From contig CBDBZU010000004.1 in assembly GCA_965213625.1 (NCBI GenBank), positions 1,856,001-1,920,000 on the forward strand: a DNA stretch of 64,000 bases, read 5' to 3'. Both the position numbers and the translations under genes were made by a program. How positions within the stretch are numbered: position 1 is the first letter of the stretch; each line of letters opens with the position of its first letter. Below, in pieces: positions 51,071-60,370 of the stretch. A model generated the notes under the pieces. It was not told the DNA's origin. It worked only from the letters and a program-made list of their open reading frames with translations, and did not search any database. The stretch is from a bacterium. GTDB lineage: Bacteria > UBA8248.

Positions 51071-51937
51071 ATGGTTTACGCTCAGATTCTGATTAACAGC
51101 ATTCTCCTGGGAGGCATATACGCCTGCATCGCAGTCGGCTTCTCGCTCGTCTGGGGCGTAATGAACATCCTCAACATTATGCACGGTACGTTCTTGATGC
51201 TGGGTGGCTACGTTACGTTCTGGATGTTCAAGCTCTACGGGGTGGATCCGTTTTTATCCCTCCCAGTTTCCGCCGTCACCATGTTCTGCGCCGGTTATGT
51301 AGTGCAGCGCGGATTGATCAACAAAATCGTACGCGCGCCCATGTTCATGTCCTTGATTCTCACCTTCGGACTTCAATTGCTCGTCGTGAGGCTGGCGATT
51401 TATTTCTTCACCGGTGATTTTAGGTCGGTTCAGCCCACCTATGCGGGTTTTTCCATTCCCCTCATGGGTCTTTCGATACCGTTCGTTCGAGTTTCCATTT
51501 TTGTGCTGGGCGTCGTTCTCACGAGCATTCTCTTCTGGTTCATGGGGCACACGCGCACGGGCCGGGCCATACGCGCGACGCGGATGGATTTGGACTCCGC
51601 CCAGTTGATGGGCGTCGACATCGGAAGAATCTACGCCATCACGTATGGAATCGGCGCAGCCGCTGCCGCCACGTCGGGGTCCCTGGTGAGCGTGGGTTTC
51701 GCCATTTCGCCGGTGAGTGACGTGGAGTTCCTCTCGAAATCTTTCATCATCTGCACCATCGGAGGTCTCGGAAACATCACGGGTGCGCTTGCGGGGGGGC
51801 TGATCCTGGGACTCGCCGAGAATTTCGGGGCCCTGTATCTCGGCCCCGGGCTGCAAAACGCCATCGGCTACGTGCTCTTGATTCTGGTGCTCTTCATCAA
51901 GCCGTCGGGCCTGCTGGGCAGAAAGGGTTTTGAATAG
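51071..51937 (+). CDS. branched-chain amino acid type ABC permease (LivH-like)
   Basis: GFSLVWGVM.ILN..HG, TRTGRAIRA, IGGLG. Confidence 0.92.
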   Translation: MVYAQILINSILLGGIYACIAVGFSLVWGVMNILNIMHGTFLMLGGYVTFWMFKLYGVDPFLSLPVSAVTMFCAGYVVQRGLINKIVRAPMFMSLILTFGLQLLVVRLAIYFFTGDFRSVQPTYAGFSIPLMGLSIPFVRVSIFVLGVVLTSILFWFMGHTRTGRAIRATRMDLDSAQLMGVDIGRIYAITYGIGAAAAATSGSLVSVGFAISPVSDVEFLSKSFIICTIGGLGNITGALAGGLILGLAENFGALYLGPGLQNAIGYVLLILVLFIKPSGLLGRKGFE

Positions 51938-51938
51938 C

Positions 51939-52922
51939 ATGTTCAAGCCTTGGGCCCACATTCAATGGTTCAGCATGGGAGCGGGCGTCCTTGCCCTCAT
52001 ACTCTTGCCCTCTTTCGTGGAAAACGACGAGATCCGAAAGTGGATGGACATCCTGATGGTGGCTATTCTGGCGACCAGCTGGAATTTCATCGGCGGCCTG
52101 ACGGGCTACCCCTCTTTCGCGCCGGCGGCCTTTTTCGGGCTGGGTGCGTACACGACGGCCATCCTCATGAACGCAGGTTTCAATTTTTTCATCACGTTGG
52201 GTATCGGCGCCTGTTTGGGCGCGCTCGTGGCGCTCGCCTTGGGCGTTCCCATATTGAGGCTGAGGGGCCACTACTTCGCCATCGCCACCTTCGGCGTAGC
52301 GGAGTTCTTCCGTGAACTGGCGGATAATCTGCGCATCACCGGCGGGGGGGACGGCATCAACCTGCCCCAGATTACGGGCGGGCCGGATTATTTCACGCGC
52401 TTTTTTTACTTCTCCATGCTCGGGGTGGCCGTGCTCGCGGTCTTGACGCAGTATTTCGTCACGCGACACCGCTTGGGCTATGGACTCGTCGCCATACGCG
52501 AGAACGAGGACGCGGCCGCCATGACGGGTGTGGATACGACGAAATACAAGATCATCGCCTTCGTGCTCTCATCCATTTTCCCCGCGATGGGCGGTGGTGT
52601 GTACGCCTACCGCGCCGCGTTTTTGGAGCCAATCGATGTTTTCGACGTCATGTTCTCGATCAAGGCGATTGTGATGTCGATGCTCGGCGGCGTGGGGACG
52701 GTGATGGGCCCGCTCGTAGGCGCGGTGATGATGGAATACTTGTCGGATTACCTCTGGGGGGCGTTCACGGAATTCCACAGCGCATTTTTGGGAATCATTA
52801 TCGTGCTGGTCGTATTGTTCATTCCGCGCGGCCTCATGACCCTCTCCCAGGAAGTGAAGAGCCGAGGATGGGGGTCATTGGGGCTGATTCTCAAGAGCAA
52901 CATACAGAGGTTCAAGGTGTGA
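51939..52922 (+). CDS. branched-chain amino acid type ABC permease (LivM-like)
   Basis: RLRGHYFAIAT, AIRENEDAA, LGGVGT. Confidence 0.92.
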   Translation: MFKPWAHIQWFSMGAGVLALILLPSFVENDEIRKWMDILMVAILATSWNFIGGLTGYPSFAPAAFFGLGAYTTAILMNAGFNFFITLGIGACLGALVALALGVPILRLRGHYFAIATFGVAEFFRELADNLRITGGGDGINLPQITGGPDYFTRFFYFSMLGVAVLAVLTQYFVTRHRLGYGLVAIRENEDAAAMTGVDTTKYKIIAFVLSSIFPAMGGGVYAYRAAFLEPIDVFDVMFSIKAIVMSMLGGVGTVMGPLVGAVMMEYLSDYLWGAFTEFHSAFLGIIIVLVVLFIPRGLMTLSQEVKSRGWGSLGLILKSNIQRFKV

Positions 52923-53686
52923 GCCAAACACTATTGGAGGGCAGGGGCGTCACGAAGCGATTCGGCGGACTCACCGCTGTCTCGGCGGTGGATTTCACCG
53001 TGCGCAAGGGGGAGATCCTGGGCGTCATCGGCCCCAACGGCGCGGGGAAGACGACGCTTCTGAATTGCATCACGGGCCTCGACCCGGCGAACGAGGGCGA
53101 AATCCTCTTTCATGGCGAGCGCATCGAAACCATGAAACCCCACTCTATTACGCGTATGGGAGTCGCACGTACGTTTCAGATCGTCCAGCCTTTCGCGGGT
53201 CTCGCGGTGCGCGAGAACGTCGTGATGGGCGCGCTGTTCGGTTCTCAGAAATCAAAGAAAGAGGTGAAGCGCGCCCAGGAACTCGCGGATGAGATGCTGG
53301 CGTTCGTGGGCTTGAGCGACAAGTCAGCGCAACTCGCCTCCCAGCTCACTCTCGCCGAGAGAAAACGCCTGGAATTCGCCAAATCCCTGGCCACGGAACC
53401 GGAAGTGTTGCTGCTTGATGAGGTGAATGCAGGGCTCAACACGACGGAAATCGAAAACGCCATCTCTCTCATCCACAAGGTGAGGGAACAAGGCGTGACC
53501 ATCCTGGTGATCGAGCATTTGATGAAGGTGATTACGGACCTCTCGGACCGCGTCGTCGTTCTGCACCACGGGGAGAAGATAGCGGAAGGTTTGCCGAGTG
53601 AGGTCACGAGCGACGAGCAGGTCATCAAAGCGTATCTGGGCGAGAAGTACGTGGCGATGATGAAAAAACTGGCCGAGGAGTCTTAG
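52919..53686 (+). CDS. ABC ATP-binding protein (LivG-like)
   Basis: [32 protein letters not shown]; GTG start overlaps the upstream stop. Confidence 0.92.
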   Translation: MSQTLLEGRGVTKRFGGLTAVSAVDFTVRKGEILGVIGPNGAGKTTLLNCITGLDPANEGEILFHGERIETMKPHSITRMGVARTFQIVQPFAGLAVRENVVMGALFGSQKSKKEVKRAQELADEMLAFVGLSDKSAQLASQLTLAERKRLEFAKSLATEPEVLLLDEVNAGLNTTEIENAISLIHKVREQGVTILVIEHLMKVITDLSDRVVVLHHGEKIAEGLPSEVTSDEQVIKAYLGEKYVAMMKKLAEES

Positions 53687-53688
53687 GC

Positions 53689-54429
53689 GTGATGACGCAT
53701 GAGTCACTCGGCGGGGAGAGCCTTCTCGAAGTACGCGGCTTGGCGGGTGGGTATGATGTCGTGCAGGTTTTGTGGGGCATCGATTTGAACGTACGCGAAG
53801 GCGAGATTGTCGCCATCGTCGGCAGCAATGGCGTTGGAAAATCCACTTTCCTGCGAATGCTGTCGGGCGTTCTCCCTCATCAGGCGGGAACGATAACGCT
53901 CGGTGGTGAGTCCATCGAGGGAATGGCGCCGGAAGGTGTCGTCGCCAAAGGGATTTCCCATGTGCCCGAGGGCCGCAGGCTCTTCGCCGCGATGAGCGTG
54001 GAGGAGAACCTTTTGATGGGCGCCTACGCCCGGAAAATGGCGGATCAGGAATTGGCGGCGGATTTGGAGAGAGTGTACGGGTTTTTCCCGAGATTGGCGG
54101 AGCGGAAATCCCAGCTTGCGGGGAGCATGTCCGGCGGTGAGCAGCAGATGTGCGCGATTGCCCGGGGATTGATGGCGCGTCCCAGGTTGCTCTTGATCGA
54201 TGAGCTCTCCCTGGGGCTAGCGCCCCGTCTGGTGGAGGAACTGTGTGGATTCGTCCGGCAGATCAACGAGGAAGGCGTCGCCATCATTCTCGTGGAGCAA
54301 GATGTGCTGACCGCGTTCGAACTCGCGAGCCGGGCCTATGTATTCGAAACGGGTCGCGTAACAATCTCCGGCACCTCGGATGAGCTGCTGGCGAATCCCG
54401 AAGTGAAAAAAGCGTATCTGGGCATGTAG
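53689..54429 (+). CDS. ABC ATP-binding protein (LivF-like)
   Basis: GSNGVGKST, VPEGRRLF, MSGGEQQM, VEQ, KAYLG. Confidence 0.92.
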   Translation: MMTHESLGGESLLEVRGLAGGYDVVQVLWGIDLNVREGEIVAIVGSNGVGKSTFLRMLSGVLPHQAGTITLGGESIEGMAPEGVVAKGISHVPEGRRLFAAMSVEENLLMGAYARKMADQELAADLERVYGFFPRLAERKSQLAGSMSGGEQQMCAIARGLMARPRLLLIDELSLGLAPRLVEELCGFVRQINEEGVAIILVEQDVLTAFELASRAYVFETGRVTISGTSDELLANPEVKKAYLGM

Positions 54430-54526
54430 CTTGTTTTCATATACTCTGTCTGGAATCAAAATGCATGAAAATAGCGAAGAACTCGAGAACGCAAGAGGTA
54501 GCATTCACTTAATGAGGAGGCGAATC

Positions 54527-55735
54527 ATGAGAAGGCGGAATTTGTTGTTTCTCATCGCAACTGTCTTGTTTGTCACCTTCGGCTTGACGGGCCTACAGGG
54601 TCTAAGCGGCGCCCAGGCGGCGGAGGTCAAGTTCGGCGCTGCATTGCCGCTCACGGGTCCGCTCGCCACCGAGGGGAAAAAGCAGCAGGCGGGTTATGAA
54701 ATCTGGCGCGAGCGCGTGAACAAGGCGGGCGGCATCAACGTAGGCGGCAAGAAGATGAAAGTGAAGATCGTCTACTACGACTACGAGAGCAAGACGCCGA
54801 CGGCCACCAAACTCGCCGAGCGGCTCATCACCAAGGAAAAGGTGGACCTCCTTCTGGGCCCGTTCGGTAGCGGAGCGACGAAATCCGTCGCCGCGATTAC
54901 GGAGCGCTATCAGGTTCCCCTCATCGCGCCCGTGGCGAGTTCCGAGCCGATTTTCGACCAGGGCTATAAATACCTCTTCGGCCTCCTGGCGCCGAATGCG
55001 TATTTACCGAACAACTTCCTTGCGCTCTTGAAAGAGCAAAAGCCGATGCCGAAGACTATAGCGTTCGTGACGCGAAACGACTTCTTCCCGCGCGCCGTCA
55101 CGAGGATGATCAGAAAAGCGGCGAAAAAACAGGGTTTCACGGATGTTTACTACGCCGAGTTCCCGAAAGACTCCAAGGACATGTCCACCTGGCTCACGAT
55201 CGTGAAGGGCAAGAATCCCGACGTGCTCATGGTGGCCGGGTATCTTCCCGACACCCTCCTCGCCACCAAGCAGGCGAACGAGTTGGGAGTGAAACCCAAA
55301 ATTCTGTTCACCATGGTGGGTCCGGTATACGCACAGTTCACGGAATCGCTCAAGGGCGCGGCCAACAACATCCTGACCGCCGCCTGGTGGGGCGAGGCGC
55401 TCGATTACAAGGGCGATTTCATCGGCTCCGCGCGGGATTTCGGGAAAATCTGGCGCGCGAAGTTTAAGCAGGAGCCGGACTACGTCGCCGCGGCGTCGAC
55501 CGCAGCAGGCATCGTCGCCCAGAAGGCCATCGAGGCGGCGGGCACGCTGGATAAGAAGAAGGTTCGCGATGCCATTGCGAACACCAACTTGAAAACTTTC
55601 TTCGGCCCCGTGAAGTTCGACAAGCTCAACATGAACGCGGCCAGCGCCATCGTTTTGTTCCAGGTGCAGGACGGAAAACGCAAGACAGTGGGACCGAAGA
55701 GCGTGGCGAACGCGAAGTTCAGGTATCCGAGATAG
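54527..55735 (+). CDS. amino-acid ABC substrate-binding protein (LivJ/K family)
   Basis: Signal peptide, LPLTG, GGINVGG, LLGPFGS, TFFGPVKFD. Confidence 0.9.
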   Translation: MRRRNLLFLIATVLFVTFGLTGLQGLSGAQAAEVKFGAALPLTGPLATEGKKQQAGYEIWRERVNKAGGINVGGKKMKVKIVYYDYESKTPTATKLAERLITKEKVDLLLGPFGSGATKSVAAITERYQVPLIAPVASSEPIFDQGYKYLFGLLAPNAYLPNNFLALLKEQKPMPKTIAFVTRNDFFPRAVTRMIRKAAKKQGFTDVYYAEFPKDSKDMSTWLTIVKGKNPDVLMVAGYLPDTLLATKQANELGVKPKILFTMVGPVYAQFTESLKGAANNILTAAWWGEALDYKGDFIGSARDFGKIWRAKFKQEPDYVAAASTAAGIVAQKAIEAAGTLDKKKVRDAIANTNLKTFFGPVKFDKLNMNAASAIVLFQVQDGKRKTVGPKSVANAKFRYPR

Positions 55736-55814
55736 TTCTATAGTTTTCGGGCCGGATTCAGGAGAGCCGCCCTGGTTGAGGCGGCGCTCCAGGTCTGGTG
55801 TTTTGAGGGTTTTG

Positions 55815-56612
55815 ATGCCGACGATTCACCAGTTGGCCGACAACGAGGTGCCCGAGGCGGCGCGCGATCTCGTAGAACGCGTCAAGACGCGCGAGAAGCG
55901 CGTTTTCGGGGTCGATACGCTCTCGAACATCTGGCGCTCCATGACCCACCATCCCGAATACATGAAGGCGAATTGGGAGCGTTCGCGCGCCACGATGCAG
56001 CGTGGAGACGTGCCGCCTTTGGTAAAGGAGATGGTCGCCTCGTCGGTTTCAATCGTCAATGCGTGTGAATACTGAATCGATTCTCATATCGCCGCGGTCA
56101 TGCGGATGGGGGTCGATGAAGTGGGCATCACGGAGTTGATCGGATTGACGGATCACGTCTCGGGAATGAACAAGGTCGCTTTTGGTTTGTTGTTGGAAGA
56201 TGAGGATACGACACCCCTTTTGCCTTATCCGGATGAACTGGAGATCGCATCTGTCGTTCAGGAGCTGATGCGTGAGGTGGAGGATGTGGAATCGGCGCGA
56301 CTGGGCAGGGATGGCATTCCGCGCTATTGGCGCTGTCTGGCGCGGAACCGGCATTATTTCGAATCGACGTGGAACAAGCACAAGCTCATGCTCGATGGAG
56401 GCGTTCTCGAAAAGCAGGCCAAAGCGGCCGTGGGTTATGGCGTAAGCGCCACGAACGGGTCCAGGTATTTTATACGGTATTTTCATTCTTATCTGGTGAA
56501 TCTGGGCTGGGACCCGGGGAGAATTCTCGAAATTCTCGGCGTAGTGGACCACTACAACAGTTTCAACGCCCTGGCGACGGGAATGCAGATTGAATCTGAC
56601 ATCAGACCGTGA
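55815..56612 (+). CDS. two-domain AhpD/CMD-like selenoprotein (UGA at 56073-56075 read as Sec)
   Basis: ORFs 55776-56075 and 56100-56612 are in one frame, separated only by TGA. Read-through gives KEMVA..VS.VNACEY-U-IDSH, the AhpD CxxCxxxH motif; a hairpin follows immediately. Confidence 0.85.
56076..56117 (+). promoter_or_regulatory. bacterial SECIS-like hairpin
   Basis: Lower stem ATCGATTCTCAT/ATGGGGGTCGAT (12 bp including G-U), upper stem CCGCG/TGCGG, apical loop GTCA 21 nt after the UGA. Confidence 0.75.
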
Positions 56613-56686
56613 ATTCTGAGGACTTCTGGCGCGCGCCGGGTGAGCGTGGCTTCTGACGAAGAGAAATTATTAGGGTAGGGCAGGAA

Positions 56687-57541
56687 ATGGAATTTTTACG
56701 CGCTGCATCGGTAGAAGAGGCGCTAGCGGCTGCGCGGGATGGGGCCGCTTTCGTGGCGGGCGGAACGAACCTCGTGCCGGACGTGCTCTTTAGACGCAAG
56801 AAAATAGCGCGCGCGGTAGACATCAGCCGTCTCGATGAGCTTCGCTTCATTGAGGAAGCCGACGGAAAAATCAGAATCGGTGCGCTGGCGACGGTCACGG
56901 ATTTGCTGGATTCTGACTTGATACGCGCCGCCGCCTCGCCTTTGTATGAGAGCGCTCTGGAGTTCGCGGGGCCTTTAGTCAGAAACCGCGCGAGCGTGGC
57001 GGGCAACCTCATGGATGCCTCGCCCGCCGCCGATTTGGCTCCACCGCTTCTGGCGCAGGATGCCGTCATCGAATTGGCTTCAGTGGAGGGCGAGCGCGCC
57101 CTGTCGCTTTCGGAATTTTTTCTGGATTACCGAAAAACAGCTGTACGTCCGGAAGAACTCATGACGGCCATCGTCATCGAGCCGCTGGGGCCAGAGGATC
57201 GTTTCGCATATTACAAACTCCAGCTCAGGCGCGCGATGGCCATCGCCGTCGTGGGTGTGGCGGTCGCTCTCCGGATGAATGGAAGCGTTTGCACGGAGGC
57301 CGCCATCGGTCTGGGGGCAGTAGCCGCGATTCCGTACCGCGCACTCTCCGCCGAGGAACTTCTGCGGGGCAAGGAAATCGGAGAAACGGAAATCGAGGCG
57401 GCGGCAGCCGCCGCGGCGGATAGCGCGCAGCCGATTGACGATGTACGGGCGAGTGCGGCGTACCGCAGGAAAATGTGTGGGGTATTGGTCCGCCGCTTGT
57501 TGAAAAAAGCGCTGGGAATGCCGCAAACCGTGGTCGTGTGA
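56687..57541 (+). CDS. xanthine dehydrogenase family FAD subunit (CoxM-like)
   Basis: AGGTNLV, IRIGAL.T, RNRASVAGNL..ASPAAD, DDVRASA.YR. Confidence 0.92.
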   Translation: MEFLRAASVEEALAAARDGAAFVAGGTNLVPDVLFRRKKIARAVDISRLDELRFIEEADGKIRIGALATVTDLLDSDLIRAAASPLYESALEFAGPLVRNRASVAGNLMDASPAADLAPPLLAQDAVIELASVEGERALSLSEFFLDYRKTAVRPEELMTAIVIEPLGPEDRFAYYKLQLRRAMAIAVVGVAVALRMNGSVCTEAAIGLGAVAAIPYRALSAEELLRGKEIGETEIEAAAAAAADSAQPIDDVRASAAYRRKMCGVLVRRLLKKALGMPQTVVV

Positions 57542-57571
57542 TGAGAAATATATTTTTTGCTTGAGAAGACG

Positions 57572-58054
57572 ATGAAAACATATGAAATAAAATTGCGCGT
57601 GAACGGGAAGGACGAAGCCCTCGAGGTGCGGGGGGATGAGACGCTCCTGCGCGCGCTCAGGCGAATTGGCTATGTCGAGGTGAAACTCAGTTGCGAGGGC
57701 GGCGATTGCGGTGCGTGCGCCATTTTGCTCGATGGCGTGGCGGTGAACGCCTGCCTCATGTTCGCGGCGCAGGCGGATGGCTCCGAAGTCACCACCGTGC
57801 GCGGTATCGGAACGGAAGACGATCTCCATCCGGTACAGGAGCAACTCATCGAAAAAGGAGGCGTGCAGTGCGGTTTCTGCACACCGGGGATAGTCGTATC
57901 GGCGAAGACGCTTCTGGATGAGAACCCCGCGCCCACGCGTGAGGATATACAACGCGGCCTCGCCGGAAATCTTTGCCGTTGCACGGGTTACAAGAAAATT
58001 TTCGAGGCGGTATCGGCCGCCGCCCGGCAGATGAACCAGGGAGGCGACTCATGA
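57572..58054 (+). CDS. xanthine dehydrogenase family 2Fe-2S subunit (CoxS-like)
   Basis: CEGGDCGAC, QCGFCTPG, GNLCRCTGY. Confidence 0.95.
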   Translation: MKTYEIKLRVNGKDEALEVRGDETLLRALRRIGYVEVKLSCEGGDCGACAILLDGVAVNACLMFAAQADGSEVTTVRGIGTEDDLHPVQEQLIEKGGVQCGFCTPGIVVSAKTLLDENPAPTREDIQRGLAGNLCRCTGYKKIFEAVSAAARQMNQGGDS

Positions 58055-60333
58055 ACACGCGCGTCGTCGGCCAACCTCATCCCATCATCGATGCCGTGGA
58101 GAAAGTTTCCGGCGCCACGATTTACATCAATGATCTGGAGCTTCCGGGCGCGCTCACAGGCATGGCGCTCAGGAGCCCTCATCCGCACGCCAAGATATTG
58201 AACCTTGACACCTCGGATGCGGAGCGCTTGCCGGGCGTCGCCGTCGTTCTGTCGAAAAACAACACGCCGGACGCTCCATTCGGCATCAATCACAAGGATG
58301 AAGCCGCATTTTGCCGCGAAAAAGTGCGCTATGTGGGGGACGAAGTCGCCGCCGTGGCGGCCGTGGACGAGGAAACGGCCCGTGAGGCGCTCTCGCTCAT
58401 CCGCGTCGAATATGAGGTTCTGCCCACGGTTGCCGATCCTTTCACGGCGCAGGAGCCGGATGCGCCTCTCGTCCATGATTCCGTCGCCGGAAATATCGCG
58501 AACGAGTTTCACATCAAGCGCGGTGAGATAGACGAGGCGTTTCATGCGGCGGACGCCACGTTTGCGGATGAATTTCACACGCATCTCGCGCACCAGGCCT
58601 ATATCGAGCCCACGGGTTGCGCAGCGCAGTGGCACCCGGACGGAAAAATATCCGTCTGGGGCTGTCTGCAGTCGGTGTTTTTGATTCGCACCTTCATGCT
58701 GGGGCCCGCCATGGGCATGTCCCCCGATGATTTTCGCGTGACGCAGACCAAGCCGGGCGGCGCCTTCGGCGGCAAGCTGGACGTGAAAGCGGCCCTCATG
58801 GCGGCGATGCTGAGCCGAGCGGCGGAAAAGCCGGTCAAATTCATGATGAGCCTGGAAGAAGACTTGATCGCCATGCGCCCGAGGATGCCGGTGCACATAT
58901 CCCTGGAATCCGCCTGGAAGCGCGACGGCGCGCTTGCCGGCAAGCGCGTCAAGATTGTGGCGGAAAACGGCGCTTACAGCTCTCTCTCGCCGGCCATTAT
59001 GAGTTCCATCGCCCTCAGGACGGATAATCTCTACAAAACGCCCGCCGCCGAAATTCAGGGCAAACTCGTCTACACGAACATCATCCCTTCGGGCCAGATG
59101 CGGGGGTTCGGCAACGTGCAGGCGACCTACGCCTGGGAGAGCCACCTCGACAACGTGGCCGATGGACTGGGCCTGGACCCGGCCGATCTTCGCCTCAAGA
59201 ACTACACCGAAAAGGGCGACGTCTCGCTCCACGGCTGGAATATAGCCAGTTGCGCCGTGGCGGACGCCACCAGGCACGTGGTGAAGGAGATGGACTGGAA
59301 AGCCAAGCGCGCCCGGGGAGGCAAGGGTCGCGGCGTGGGTCTCGCCAGCTGCATCCATGTTTCGGGCAACAAGGGGTTTTCCGTGGAACTGGGGCCGGAC
59401 GGCACCGACCCCTCAAGCGCCGTGCTCAGGGTGGATGAGGAGGGCAAGGTCGAAATATGGTCGGGCGAGTCGGACCTGGGCCAGGGCGCCACGAGCGTGA
59501 TGGCCTATATCGCCTCCGAGGTCATGGGTATTCCGGTCGAGCGGTTCAAGGTGCCTCCCACGGATACGGGCTATATGCCTTTCGGCATGGGGGCGTTCGC
59601 CAGCCGCATCACCCTGATTGGCGGCAACGCCGTCAAAATCGCCGCCGAAGACACCCGCAGAAACCTTCTGGACGCGGCGGCGGAAATCATGGAAATCCCT
59701 GCGGAAGAACTCGAAATAATCGAGGGAGAAGTCCGGGCGAAGGCCCTGCCTGAGCGGAAGATGGCGGTGGGCGAGGTCGTCAGCCGGGTGGGCAGCATCA
59801 TCGAGGGTGAGGGCAAGTGGCTGGCCGGGGGAGACGTGCTCGACAAGGATAAATACGGGAATCCCTCGACGACGTATTCTTTCAGCACCCACGGCGCCGA
59901 GGTGGAAGTCGACATGGAGACGGGAATCGTCACCGTTTTGCAGATTTGCTGCGGTCACGACCCCGGCCGGGTGATCAACAGGCTGGGCGCGGAGGGCCAG
60001 GTCGAGGGCGGCGCGGTGCAGGGCATGAGCTTCGCGATGATGGAAGGCCTGGCGCCGCAGGAGGGGCATCTGCGCGGCAGGAATTTCCACGACTACCTCA
60101 TCGCCACCTCGATGGACGCCCCGCCGATTGAGAACGATTTCTTCGAGTCGATGGACCCCTACGGCCCTTATGGCGCCAAGGGGCTGGCCGAGGTGGCGAT
60201 AAACCCGATCACGGCGGCGATTTGCAACGCCGTCTATCACGCGACGGGCGGCGCGCGAATCCGCACCCTGCCCGTCAGCCCCGAACGCGTACTCGAGGCG
60301 ATCGAAGAAGCCAGGATACAAAATCCCTCTTGA
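58051..60333 (+). CDS. xanthine dehydrogenase family molybdopterin-binding subunit
   Basis: LRSPHPHA, GGAFGGK, MRGFG, DLGQG, FASR, QVEGG, GAKGLAE; lacks the AYxCSFR motif of CO dehydrogenase. Confidence 0.93.
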   Translation: MNTRVVGQPHPIIDAVEKVSGATIYINDLELPGALTGMALRSPHPHAKILNLDTSDAERLPGVAVVLSKNNTPDAPFGINHKDEAAFCREKVRYVGDEVAAVAAVDEETAREALSLIRVEYEVLPTVADPFTAQEPDAPLVHDSVAGNIANEFHIKRGEIDEAFHAADATFADEFHTHLAHQAYIEPTGCAAQWHPDGKISVWGCLQSVFLIRTFMLGPAMGMSPDDFRVTQTKPGGAFGGKLDVKAALMAAMLSRAAEKPVKFMMSLEEDLIAMRPRMPVHISLESAWKRDGALAGKRVKIVAENGAYSSLSPAIMSSIALRTDNLYKTPAAEIQGKLVYTNIIPSGQMRGFGNVQATYAWESHLDNVADGLGLDPADLRLKNYTEKGDVSLHGWNIASCAVADATRHVVKEMDWKAKRARGGKGRGVGLASCIHVSGNKGFSVELGPDGTDPSSAVLRVDEEGKVEIWSGESDLGQGATSVMAYIASEVMGIPVERFKVPPTDTGYMPFGMGAFASRITLIGGNAVKIAAEDTRRNLLDAAAEIMEIPAEELEIIEGEVRAKALPERKMAVGEVVSRVGSIIEGEGKWLAGGDVLDKDKYGNPSTTYSFSTHGAEVEVDMETGIVTVLQICCGHDPGRVINRLGAEGQVEGGAVQGMSFAMMEGLAPQEGHLRGRNFHDYLIATSMDAPPIENDFFESMDPYGPYGAKGLAEVAINPITAAICNAVYHATGGARIRTLPVSPERVLEAIEEARIQNPS

Positions 60334-60370
60334 ATTCCCGCAAATTCGCTTCAAATCCCCGGGTGGACTC

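Noticed and set aside
56687-60333. Aerobic CO dehydrogenase coxMSL
   Set aside because: The large subunit has MRGFG, not AYxCSFR, and no cox accessory genes are present.
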